Positions 8,876 to 17,774 of a stretch of 40,927 nt of DNA are shown one piece after another. Within the stretch, counting starts at the first letter, position 1; each line of letters opens with the position of its first letter. The notes under the pieces were generated by a model. It worked only from the letters and a program-made list of their open reading frames with translations, did not search any database and was not told where the DNA came from. This stretch comes from Candidatus Woesearchaeota archaeon (GTDB lineage Archaea > Nanobdellota > Nanobdellia > Pacearchaeales > GW2011-AR1), in the NCBI GenBank assembly GCA_964481185.1, contig CAYZSY010000003.1, positions 1 to 40,927 of the forward strand. The letters run 5' to 3'. The translations under genes and the position numbers were made by a program.

Positions 8876-9823
8876 ATGAAGCTTTCCATTATTCTCCCAA
8901 CTTATAATAATGAATTGACAATTAGAGAGTGCTTAGACAGCATCTTCATGCAGAATTTTCCAAAAAAAGATTTTGAAGTGCTTTTTATTGACGGCGGAAG
9001 CACAGATAAAACCTTGGAAATCGCAAGAAAATATCCAACAAAGCTAATAAACAATCCAAAAAGAAACGAGGAGGCAGCTAGAATTCTTGGTATAAAAATG
9101 TCAAAAGGAGAAATTCTGGCTTTTATAGACGCAGATAATGTTCTTGTAGGGAAAGATTGGATTTCAAAGATGCTTATGCCATTCAAAGAAAAAGACATCT
9201 CTTTTGCAGATACTCTATATTATTCTTATAGAAAAGATGACAGAATAGGGGTTAAATACCAAGCACTTATTGGTGGAGATGATCCATTGGCAATGTATCT
9301 TGGTTTATATTCAAGATGGTGCTATCTAAAAGATGATTGGACAGATTACCCACATAAGGATGAAGATAAAGGAGATTATATTAAATCAAAACTGCTTGAC
9401 AAGAATAGAGTCCCTCCGATGGGCTCAAACGGTTTTCTTGCTAGAAAAGATATTCTTAAAAGATTTGTTAAAGGCACATTTGTTCACTCAGATGTTATTT
9501 ATGGGCTGGTCAACAAAGGATACAATTGTTTCGCGAAGGTTAAAACCGGAATAATTCATAATCAGCCAAAATTCTTTCCAAATAAGATAAGAAGGATAAA
9601 GAGGAGATTAAATAACGAAGTAAAAATAGAATATAATTATGGAATAAATAAGGGAGATATGATTAAAACTGCAGTTTACATAGCACTAATTCTGCCAGTC
9701 TTATTTGATACATGCAGGGGACTTGTAAAAAAACCAAGTCTTGCCTGGTTTTTCCACCCTGTTGCCTGCTTTGGAGAGTTATTTTTGCACGGCTGGTATA
9801 ACTTAATTTATAAATTTAAATAA
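8876..9823 (+). CDS. GT2 glycosyltransferase
   Basis: LSIILPTYNNELTIRECLDSI, LFIDGGSTDKT, AFIDADN (DxD). Confidence 0.75.
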   Translation: MKLSIILPTYNNELTIRECLDSIFMQNFPKKDFEVLFIDGGSTDKTLEIARKYPTKLINNPKRNEEAARILGIKMSKGEILAFIDADNVLVGKDWISKMLMPFKEKDISFADTLYYSYRKDDRIGVKYQALIGGDDPLAMYLGLYSRWCYLKDDWTDYPHKDEDKGDYIKSKLLDKNRVPPMGSNGFLARKDILKRFVKGTFVHSDVIYGLVNKGYNCFAKVKTGIIHNQPKFFPNKIRRIKRRLNNEVKIEYNYGINKGDMIKTAVYIALILPVLFDTCRGLVKKPSLAWFFHPVACFGELFLHGWYNLIYKFK

Positions 9824-9841
9824 TTAAGAAATAATCTTCTG

Positions 9842-11485
9842 CTAAAACTTATATATAACCAGCATTGGCTGCCCTTGTTTGTTGGCATAACCCTGAACTG
9901 TGGTCATGTTGTATCTTTGAGGATAGGTATAAACCCATTCAGGAGTGAATACTGGCTCAAATACAGAAACAATCATATAATCTGGCTGGAGTTCAGCTAC
10001 TTTTGTATTAAATGCTTCCTCTGTTCCAAGTTGACAGCTTTCGTTCAAAGAGACTGCTCCGCTAAGGTCAGTACACGAACTCCAGATGCTGTCATTTGTA
10101 TGAAAATCATAGCTCTGCCTTTCAGAATAATACTGGTTCTGAACAATTGAGGCAGTTATAATCTTTGCATTTTCTGGCGTGTTTTCTCTTAGCCATTCAC
10201 CACCCAATTTAATTTCTCTGTAAGAATCTCTTTTATCGTCAATAAGACTGTTTGCATGCGAGATATTTTGATAGATTCCTGCAAGGAGAACTACTGCCAC
10301 AAATAACAGCGCAATATACAAGCTATACTTTTTTATTGACTTATAAGCAAACATTATGCCTTTTGCGCATAGAATAAATATCATAGGCATCAGCATTAGC
10401 AGCCATCTGTCATTTGCTGCCCTGAATATGATAATATAAAAAACTAAATGGATTATTAAAAAGAGAATTATGAAGAAATCATAATTAAATCTTTTATCAG
10501 TCTGCCTCCAGAACATATCAAAGCTTATGAAAAAGGAGAACATGGAGATTAGACCTAAAATAATGGTAAAACCAAATATATGATAATAGAAAGGCATGCC
10601 TGGAGTCTGTGTTATGGGATCTATAAAAGAAAAAATCATTGGAATTATATTCCATTGAACTGCTTGTTTAACTGAAACTGCTCCTGCTCCAAAATAGAAA
10701 TTAAACAGATAAAACTTTGTTGCAACAAAATAAACAAGATAAGGAATAAAACACAAAAGACCGACCCCGCCAGCTTTCCAAATTGTTTTATCCTTAAGCA
10801 ATGCAAGTTTTTTTACAAATAGTAAATAAATTATTATTGAAATTAAAACAAGGGCAAGGGCAAATCTTGTTGAAAAAGCAAGGACGCCAAATACAACTGC
10901 AAGATACAAACCATATTTTTTTTCCTTGTTAAGGTAAATGTTAATAAAAAAGTAAAGTGTAAGCATTCCAAAAAAAACAGAAGGTATATCTGTCAAAAGC
11001 CTAAAGCTATAGAAAAGGAAAACCCAGTAAGCTGCCATCATTGAGCCAGCAATAAATCCTATCTTCTTGTTGTACATTGCACTTGCAATAAGATAACTAA
11101 GCAAAACTATGGCTATACTTGGAATAAAAAGAGTAAAAAATCTTAGAACTATCTCGCTTAGACCAATTTTAAACATGCCTGCCCAAATAATGGGCATTAA
11201 GAGTGGTCTCATTCCTGTAAAATGGCTCCACCATTCAGGAGTTGACTGGCCCAAAGCCCATACTTTTGAGATTGCGAGATAATCTCCCTCATCCCACCAT
11301 ATTGGCTGTTCACCCAATTTAAAAAAATAGTAAATAAAAATTATTGTTGTAAAACTCATCAATAGAAGAAAGAGAGCATTATCTTTATTCTTAAGCCAGC
11401 TTTTTATCTTTTCTTTTCTGTCTTCAAATTTTTTATCCAAAACTTCATTTTTTTGTTGTCCAATTTTTTCGTTTTCCATTGTCAT
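9842..11485 (-). CDS. GT-C fold polyprenyl-phosphate-sugar-dependent glycosyltransferase (ArnT/PMT_2, GT39/GT83-like; AglS-like role possible)
   Basis: IWWDEGDYLAISK (the first-loop DE/DxD motif of GT-C enzymes), about 12 TM helices and a ~150-aa C-terminal soluble domain. There is no WWDYG motif. The TATA spacing suggests the start may be Met3 at 11479. Confidence 0.7.
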   Translation of the reverse strand: MTMENEKIGQQKNEVLDKKFEDRKEKIKSWLKNKDNALFLLLMSFTTIIFIYYFFKLGEQPIWWDEGDYLAISKVWALGQSTPEWWSHFTGMRPLLMPIIWAGMFKIGLSEIVLRFFTLFIPSIAIVLLSYLIASAMYNKKIGFIAGSMMAAYWVFLFYSFRLLTDIPSVFFGMLTLYFFINIYLNKEKKYGLYLAVVFGVLAFSTRFALALVLISIIIYLLFVKKLALLKDKTIWKAGGVGLLCFIPYLVYFVATKFYLFNFYFGAGAVSVKQAVQWNIIPMIFSFIDPITQTPGMPFYYHIFGFTIILGLISMFSFFISFDMFWRQTDKRFNYDFFIILFLIIHLVFYIIIFRAANDRWLLMLMPMIFILCAKGIMFAYKSIKKYSLYIALLFVAVVLLAGIYQNISHANSLIDDKRDSYREIKLGGEWLRENTPENAKIITASIVQNQYYSERQSYDFHTNDSIWSSCTDLSGAVSLNESCQLGTEEAFNTKVAELQPDYMIVSVFEPVFTPEWVYTYPQRYNMTTVQGYANKQGQPMLVIYKF

Positions 11486-11501
11486 AAATAGAAAAAATAA
11501 G

Positions 11502-11509
11502 TTTATAAA
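11502..11509. promoter_or_regulatory. Palindromic TATA box TTTATAAA shared by divergent genes
   Basis: The box starts 29 nt upstream of ATG 11531 on the + strand. Read on the - strand, it starts 30 nt upstream of the ATG at 11479. The spacer between the two ORFs is only 45 nt. Confidence 0.5.
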
Positions 11510-11530
11510 GGTTTTATATATTTACGACAT

Positions 11531-13027
11531 ATGGGCAGAAAAATAATGTTAATAAACCCCGCTTTATCTGGAAGCTTGAGCTCTGGCATATTTACAGTCA
11601 AGGTCCCCATGGGGTTGGCTTATATAGCGGCTTATCTGGAAAAAGAAGGATACAAACCAGAAATCTTGGATTGTATGGCTTATTATGAAAATATTAAAAA
11701 ACTAGATAGTAATAGGCATAGAATAGGTATCAGCGATGAAGAGATAATAAAAAAAATAAAAGATTTCAATCCAGATGTTGTGGGGGTTGCGTGTGCATAT
11801 ACAATTCATGAGGCCGACGCTATACGAACTGCGGAGATAGTTAAAAGACATAGCAAGGCGCTGGTTGTCTGTGGCGGCGCCCATACTTCTGCCAATCCTT
11901 CATCTGTTCTAAAAAATAAATGCATAGATATAGCTGTAATCGGCGAGGGAGAAATAACTTTTTTGAACATTGTTAAAAATTTAGAAAACAAAAAGGAGTT
12001 ATATTCTTTAAAGGGCATTGCTTTTATGGATAATAAGAACATAAAGATAAATCCCTCTGCAGATTATATTAAGGACTTGGATACCATCCCTTTCCCAGCA
12101 AGGCATCTTTTGCCTATGAAAAATTATCTGACTCATCCCCAAAATTCTATTGCTAATATGAGGGGACCAACTACTGAGATAATCACGAGCAGGGGTTGCC
12201 CATTTCGGTGCATATTTTGCTCAATTTGCACAGTCTGGGGAAGAAAATGGAGGGCAAGAAGCCCAAAAAATGTGGTGGACGAACTGGAATATCTGCACAA
12301 AACTTACGGAGTAAAAGAGTTTAGGTTTTTTGACGATAATCTTAGCTGGGATAAGAAGAGAACTATTGATATATGCGATGAAATCATTAAAAGAAAATTA
12401 GATATAAAATGGGATACTCCTAACGGTGTCGCAATTGCAACACTTGACGAGGAAGTTCTTTCTAAAATGAAGAAATCAGGGTATTATAAAATTGTTATGG
12501 GCATAGAATCTGGAAGTGAAGAAACTTTAAAATTCATGAGAAAACCAGTCTCTTTAAATCAGGCCAGAAAGATAATTAGTATTTGCAATAAACTTGGCAT
12601 ATGGACATGGTCAACTTTTGTTATAGGGTTTCCAGATGAAACTAAGAAGGAAATAGACAAAACTATAGATTTTGCCAAAAAATCTGGATTAAATTTTGCA
12701 ACATTTTATATTGCCCAACCTTATCCTGGGACAGATATGTACAAGGTTTATGAAAAAGAAGGATTATTAAGAGATGGATTTATTGAAGACAGCAGTGTCA
12801 CCAACACCAAATACAACACAAAAAATTTTTCTGCTGAAGAGTTAAATAATTTGCAAAAGAGATTATATTCTGATTTCATAAAAAATAGAATGATTTCCTA
12901 TCTTAATCCGATTGTTTTTTACAGAGAATTTTTTAATAGAATAAGAAGTTTTGAAGACATAAATTATGTAATTAGAATGTTTTTAGCTTTAGTTGGAAAA
13001 GAATACAGTCCAATTTATAAGAAATAG
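11531..13027 (+). CDS. B12-binding-domain radical SAM enzyme (class B radical SAM), paralog 1
   Basis: N-terminal Rossmann-like cobalamin domain (MLINP..., PDVVGVAC, VCGGAHTSANP, VIGEGE), then TSRGCPFRCIFCS (CX3CX2C) and MGIESGS. Confidence 0.85.
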   Translation: MGRKIMLINPALSGSLSSGIFTVKVPMGLAYIAAYLEKEGYKPEILDCMAYYENIKKLDSNRHRIGISDEEIIKKIKDFNPDVVGVACAYTIHEADAIRTAEIVKRHSKALVVCGGAHTSANPSSVLKNKCIDIAVIGEGEITFLNIVKNLENKKELYSLKGIAFMDNKNIKINPSADYIKDLDTIPFPARHLLPMKNYLTHPQNSIANMRGPTTEIITSRGCPFRCIFCSICTVWGRKWRARSPKNVVDELEYLHKTYGVKEFRFFDDNLSWDKKRTIDICDEIIKRKLDIKWDTPNGVAIATLDEEVLSKMKKSGYYKIVMGIESGSEETLKFMRKPVSLNQARKIISICNKLGIWTWSTFVIGFPDETKKEIDKTIDFAKKSGLNFATFYIAQPYPGTDMYKVYEKEGLLRDGFIEDSSVTNTKYNTKNFSAEELNNLQKRLYSDFIKNRMISYLNPIVFYREFFNRIRSFEDINYVIRMFLALVGKEYSPIYKK

Positions 13028-13036
13028 GGAGAGAAG

Positions 13037-13921
13037 CTATTTTGTGCTCTCAACTCTTACCCAGATTTTCTTTAAGTTCTTCCTCATCACATTGATATCC
13101 CAGAAAATAAGGGTCCAAAGATATATTCTTGCAAATATCAATGAAATTGTATAAATAAACTCTTTTATTGTCTTGGGATATGCAAGAACCTTGAATATAC
13201 CCTCACTTTCTTTTGCAAATGAACGCATCCTCTCCTTCTTCTTGACAATATAACCGAGCTGGTTATATCCGCCAGCACTTCTTTTCTTCTGTTTTATCCA
13301 ATCAGAGAATGTTGAGGGATATTTGACATAAACTTCTGCTTCTGGAGCGTACAGAATTTTATAGCCTTTATCATATATCATGTGAGAGATAACAGCATCT
13401 TCAGAGAGGGCCTCATCCGGAATGTTTTTTACGATTCCTCTTCGAATTGCATACAGGTATCCAGAGCAGACAATCATTTTTCCATCTTTTATTCTTTTAT
13501 CCCTTATGTCGTGGGCTATGTCAGTTAAAAGATGGCTCCAAAAGCCCAGCATTTTATTTCTCGGGCTTAAAGAGCGCGGTCTGCCCGTCACTGCTCCAAT
13601 TTTTGGATCTTTAAAAATATTAATTATGTAGGGAATAGCATTTTCAGAGATGTGCACATCAGCATCAGTCATAATAATAATATCGCCTTTGGCTTTCTTA
13701 AAAACTTGATTTAAAGCAGAAGGTTTTCCTCTTCCTTCATCTTTAAGAATCTTGATTTTCTTGTTTCTCTTAAGATAAACTCTTGCAGCATCCAAGGTCT
13801 CTTTGTCAGGAGCAGCAATGATTAATTCGTAACTCCCTTTAATCTTGTTTTTCAAAACTTGCTCTATCGCTTTTCCAATAGTCTTAGATTCTTTATAGCC
13901 GGTTATTACAATTGATATCAT
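13037..13921 (-). CDS. GT2 glycosyltransferase
   Basis: ISIVITGYKES, IIMTDADVHIS (DxD), GAVTGRP, and a C-terminal hydrophobic segment. There is a 4-nt overlap with the upstream GT4 gene. Confidence 0.75.
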   Translation of the reverse strand: MISIVITGYKESKTIGKAIEQVLKNKIKGSYELIIAAPDKETLDAARVYLKRNKKIKILKDEGRGKPSALNQVFKKAKGDIIIMTDADVHISENAIPYIINIFKDPKIGAVTGRPRSLSPRNKMLGFWSHLLTDIAHDIRDKRIKDGKMIVCSGYLYAIRRGIVKNIPDEALSEDAVISHMIYDKGYKILYAPEAEVYVKYPSTFSDWIKQKKRSAGGYNQLGYIVKKKERMRSFAKESEGIFKVLAYPKTIKEFIYTISLIFARIYLWTLIFWDINVMRKNLKKIWVRVESTK

Positions 13922-15036
13922 CTTATTTTGTTAAATAAAGAAATGTAAGATTTAATTAGCTTATCCCATCTATAATTCTTTGCTTCTTTTTCTGCATTTC
14001 TCTGAATAGTTTTATCTCCAGCAAGATTATGTTTTATTAAATCTACAAGTTGGCGATAATCTCCAATATTGAATAAGAGTCCATTCTTTCTGTCAGTTAT
14101 TATCTCCTTTCCCCCATCAGTTTTGCTTGAGATTACAACTTTTCCGCGTGCCATTGCCTCAAGAATGACTTGGGGCATCGCTTCTCTTAAGGAGGGGAGA
14201 ACAAATATTTTATGTTCGTCTATTAGTTTTATCTTTTTCCTCAAGTCATAAACTGGAGGAGATACGCTCACATTCGTAATCTTATTATTAGCAATTATTC
14301 TCTTTAATCTTTCAACATAATTTTTTTCAGAGCTTCCTACAATTGAAAAATTAACTTTTGGCAGAGATTTAGCAGACATAAGGAGAGTCTCTATATTTTT
14401 TACAGGCGCAATTCTTCCAAGGAACAAAACATCTTTTCCTTTTGCTGGGTTTGCTCTTTTCTGCTTAAAGAACTCTTCAGGCAAGCCATTTGGTATATAA
14501 ATTATCTTGTTTTTCTTTACATCAAGTTTCTCAAGGTAAGAAAGTTCCCATTTAGTTATTGCTATTATCTTTGTAAATCTATTCAATTTCGGCTTAACAT
14601 TGAGATGATTAAAAATAGAGGTTGCAAGATTTAGGGGAAATCTTCTATTTACATTAAATGGGGCATGTGTAACAAGATAACAAGGAATATTTGCTCTTCT
14701 GGCAAGTTTTAAGGCTTTGAATGAATGCGGATGAAGGAGATGAGTTATCACAATATCTGGGGAATATTTCTTAAATTCTTTATCAAAATTAAAATAAGTT
14801 ACATTTTTTGATATAAGCTTATCCATAAAATCCACATTTGCTTTAAATCGTCTAATGGATATTCCTTCAATCTCCTCCTCACATATCGCACAATTTTTGC
14901 TTCCCTTCTCTATATCTGATGAAAAAATCGTTACTTCATAACCCAATTTAACAAACTCTTTTGCTTCAGCAAGAACCCTTGTAAAAACTCCATCTATACC
15001 TGCGGAAAATGGGCAAATCTCAACTATTTTCATCAT
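13918..15036 (-). CDS. GT4 (GT-B fold, Glycos_transf_1) glycosyltransferase
   Basis: FVLPSLREAMPQVILEAMARGKVVISS (EX7E-type motif), LFLGRIAPVKN, and an N-terminal GT4-type domain. Confidence 0.8.
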   Translation of the reverse strand: MMKIVEICPFSAGIDGVFTRVLAEAKEFVKLGYEVTIFSSDIEKGSKNCAICEEEIEGISIRRFKANVDFMDKLISKNVTYFNFDKEFKKYSPDIVITHLLHPHSFKALKLARRANIPCYLVTHAPFNVNRRFPLNLATSIFNHLNVKPKLNRFTKIIAITKWELSYLEKLDVKKNKIIYIPNGLPEEFFKQKRANPAKGKDVLFLGRIAPVKNIETLLMSAKSLPKVNFSIVGSSEKNYVERLKRIIANNKITNVSVSPPVYDLRKKIKLIDEHKIFVLPSLREAMPQVILEAMARGKVVISSKTDGGKEIITDRKNGLLFNIGDYRQLVDLIKHNLAGDKTIQRNAEKEAKNYRWDKLIKSYISLFNKIR

Positions 15037-15110
15037 ATAATATCTTTATTGGGGTTAAAAAGCTTTAACATTCTTTATTAATGCGATATATACATTTAAT
15101 GATAGGAATG

Positions 15111-15117
15111 TTTATAA
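15111..15117 (+). promoter_or_regulatory. TATA box (gaatgTTTATAA) for the 15140 operon
   Basis: Starts 29 nt upstream of ATG 15140. It shares the gaatgttta core with the boxes at 28735 and 30532. Confidence 0.45.
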
Positions 15118-15139
15118 CAATATAAATTTAGGGATTTAA

Positions 15140-16138
15140 ATGACAAAAGTGGGACTTATAGGCTGCGGATATTGGGGTAAAAATCATCTCCGAACACTTA
15201 GAGATATTGGTGAGGGTATATTGAAAACAGTATGTGACTTAAACAGACCATCCAATTTTCCAACATCAATAAATTTTACTCAAAACTATAACGATCTATT
15301 AAACGACTCCGAAATCAACGGGGTTATTTTAGCTACCCCTACAGCCACACATTATAGATTGGCTGAGCAATTTTTATTGCATGGAAAGAATGTTTTGGTG
15401 GAGAAACCAATCACTACTAATTCAGCCGAAGCTAAATCTCTTGCAAATTTAGCAGATGAAAGAAGGTTAGTTTTAATGGTTGGAGAAACATTTAGATACA
15501 ACTCAGCAGTAAGGTTTGCCAAAAATATGGTAGACAAAGGAGAAATAGGCGATCTCAGATATATGGAATCAAGAAGGGTTGGCTTGGGCCCGATAAGAGC
15601 AGATGTGAGTGCACTTTGGGATTTAGCAACCCATGATATATATTTAGCAAGTATGTTTGCAAATAAATCACCAGATTGTGTAAGCTATCAGGGTGTTTCT
15701 CACAATGGGCACTTAGACGATATAGTCTCTCTAAATTTAAAATTCACAAATCCAGATGTCCTTGCAACAATTTATGTTAATTGGGAGCATCCAGTAAAGG
15801 AGAGAAAAATAATCGTTGGCGGTAAAAAAAAGTCGATTCTTATAGATGATGTTCAGCCCTCTGAAAAGATAGTAGTATATGAGAGGGGAGTCGATTATCA
15901 ACCAAAAGAGGGGGGATTTGGTGAGTTTATTGGCTCAACAAGGGATGGCGAAATCAGAATACCAAAATTAAAAATAAATCAGCCTCTTGAAGAGGAGTTA
16001 AGGCATTTTATGAGGTGCATTGCTGGAGAAACTAAATGCGAGAGCGATGGTCTGGTAGGTCTTCAAACAGTGTCGGTCTTAGAAGCAGCAGAGAAATCTA
16101 AAGAACTGGATGGTAAAGAGGTAAAGATTCATGAATGA
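15140..16138 (+). CDS. Gfo/Idh/MocA NAD-dependent sugar oxidoreductase (WbpB/WlbA-like UDP-sugar 3-dehydrogenase)
   Basis: VGLIGCGYWGKNH, VLVEKP, and its position ahead of an acetyltransferase and a DegT aminotransferase. Confidence 0.75.
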   Translation: MTKVGLIGCGYWGKNHLRTLRDIGEGILKTVCDLNRPSNFPTSINFTQNYNDLLNDSEINGVILATPTATHYRLAEQFLLHGKNVLVEKPITTNSAEAKSLANLADERRLVLMVGETFRYNSAVRFAKNMVDKGEIGDLRYMESRRVGLGPIRADVSALWDLATHDIYLASMFANKSPDCVSYQGVSHNGHLDDIVSLNLKFTNPDVLATIYVNWEHPVKERKIIVGGKKKSILIDDVQPSEKIVVYERGVDYQPKEGGFGEFIGSTRDGEIRIPKLKINQPLEEELRHFMRCIAGETKCESDGLVGLQTVSVLEAAEKSKELDGKEVKIHE

Positions 16139-16634
16139 GAGAGAATATTTTGTCGCGCTAACCGCCATCATAAGAGATGTAAAAGTTGGAAAGGAATCAA
16201 AAATATGGAATTTTTGCAATATCTATGAATGCGAAATAGGATCAAATACACAAATTGGTTCTTATTCTGAGATAAAAGCGGGCGCAGTAATAGGAGATAA
16301 TTGCAGATTTCAATCTTATATCTTTATTCCAGAAGGAACAAAAATAGGCAATAACGTTTTCTTAGGGCCCAGGGTTACTTTTCTTAATGATATGCACCCC
16401 ACTGCTAAGAAAGCCATTGATAAAAAATGGGATCTTGAAGCATGTGTTATAGAAGACGACGTTTCAATTGGCGGATGTGTTACAATTAACCCAGGAGTAC
16501 GAGTAGGGAGGGGCGCAAGGATAGGGTCTGGGGCGGTTGTCATTAAAGATGTGCCAGAAAATGCAGTAATGGTTGGAAATCCGGCTCGTCAAATAGGATT
16601 AACAACAGATGCAAGATATAAGGATTGGATATAA
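16131..16634 (+). CDS. Left-handed beta-helix (hexapeptide) N-acetyltransferase (WbpD/WlbB-like)
   Basis: Hexapeptide repeats (IGSNTQIGSYSEIKAGAVIGDNCRF..., VSIGGCVTINPGVRVGRGARIGSGAVV) and MVGNPAR. It overlaps the upstream gene by 8 nt. Confidence 0.75.
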   Translation: MNEREYFVALTAIIRDVKVGKESKIWNFCNIYECEIGSNTQIGSYSEIKAGAVIGDNCRFQSYIFIPEGTKIGNNVFLGPRVTFLNDMHPTAKKAIDKKWDLEACVIEDDVSIGGCVTINPGVRVGRGARIGSGAVVIKDVPENAVMVGNPARQIGLTTDARYKDWI

Positions 16635-17774
16635 ATGAAAGTACCATTCGCAGATTTAACAAGAGATGAGAAAGAGACTTTTATAGAAGGAACAAGCTTA
16701 GAACAAAGAATAAAATGGGCAATTTTTAATGTTATAGATAAGAAGGCCTTTATTCTAGGAGAGCACGTTGCGAGTTTTGAAAATTCATTTGCAGAATTTT
16801 GTGGCGTAAAATACTGCATAGGTGTTTCAGATGGTCTTTCTGCTTTAGAGCTCTCATTAATAAGCAAGGGGATTGGTTCGGGAGATGAAGTAATAACTGT
16901 CGCAAATACATTTAATGCCACTGTTGGAGGAATATTGAAGACCGGGGCAAAACCAGTTCTGGTTGATGCATCAAATTCAGATTTTAACATTGATATTAAT
17001 AAGATAAACGAGAAGATAAACAAAAATACAAAGGCAATTATCCCAGTTCATTTATATGGTCAGTCCTCAAATATGAACCCTCTCTGGGAATTGGCAGAAA
17101 GAAATAATCTTTCAATAATAGAAGATGCTTGTCAGGCACATGGAGCAACCTTTGAGGGCAAGCGAGTCGGAAGTTTAGGGAAAGCAGGCTGTTTTTCTTT
17201 TTACCCGGGCAAAAATCTTGGCAGTTATGGGGATGGTGGGGCGGTAGTCACTAATGATAGCGATGTAGCAGATTTTATAAGAAAAACAAGGAATTATGGT
17301 CAATCTAAAAAATATTTCCACGATATAAGGCCGGATAATGCAAGATTAGATGCAATACAGGCAGTAGTTCTATCAGAAAAGTTAAAGGTATTAGACAAAT
17401 GGAATGCTATGCGTTCCGATAATGCCAGAATTTACAGGGATAATTTAAATGAAGTGAACGATATAGAACTGCCCTCTGAAAGAAAATCCGGCGAGCATGT
17501 TTATCATTTGTATGTAATAAAATCCGATAAAAGGGATGAGTTGGAAAAATATCTTGAAAGCAGAGGAATTACAACCGGTCTTCACTATCCAGTCCCAATT
17601 CATTTACAAAAATGTTTTGCTCACATAGGCTATAAAGAAGGAGATTTTCCAGTTTCTGAACATTTATCAAAAAAAGTACTTACACTTCCTATGTTTCCAA
17701 CAATGAGAAAAGAAGAAATAACCTACATAACGGATTCTATAAAAGAATTTCTTACTACTTCACAAGAATCTTGA
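16635..17774 (+). CDS. DegT/DnrJ/EryC1/StrS PLP-dependent sugar aminotransferase (WbpE/WlbC-like)
   Basis: SDGLSALELSL, IIEDACQAHGA, and CFSFYPGKNLGSYGDGGAV with the canonical Schiff-base Lys. It starts immediately after the acetyltransferase stop. Confidence 0.85.
   Translation: MKVPFADLTRDEKETFIEGTSLEQRIKWAIFNVIDKKAFILGEHVASFENSFAEFCGVKYCIGVSDGLSALELSLISKGIGSGDEVITVANTFNATVGGILKTGAKPVLVDASNSDFNIDINKINEKINKNTKAIIPVHLYGQSSNMNPLWELAERNNLSIIEDACQAHGATFEGKRVGSLGKAGCFSFYPGKNLGSYGDGGAVVTNDSDVADFIRKTRNYGQSKKYFHDIRPDNARLDAIQAVVLSEKLKVLDKWNAMRSDNARIYRDNLNEVNDIELPSERKSGEHVYHLYVIKSDKRDELEKYLESRGITTGLHYPVPIHLQKCFAHIGYKEGDFPVSEHLSKKVLTLPMFPTMRKEEITYITDSIKEFLTTSQES

Noticed and set aside
9842-11485. Second oligosaccharyltransferase (AglB paralog) that might compensate for the frameshifted aglB. 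Its GGEWLRENTPENAKII segment resembles AglB's AMEWVRENTPQDAVF.
   Set aside because: The segment is followed by TASIVQNQYY rather than WWDYG, and no DK/MI motif is visible. The overall look is ArnT/PMT_2-type GT-C. The local similarity is probably a generic feature of the loop after the last TM helix.
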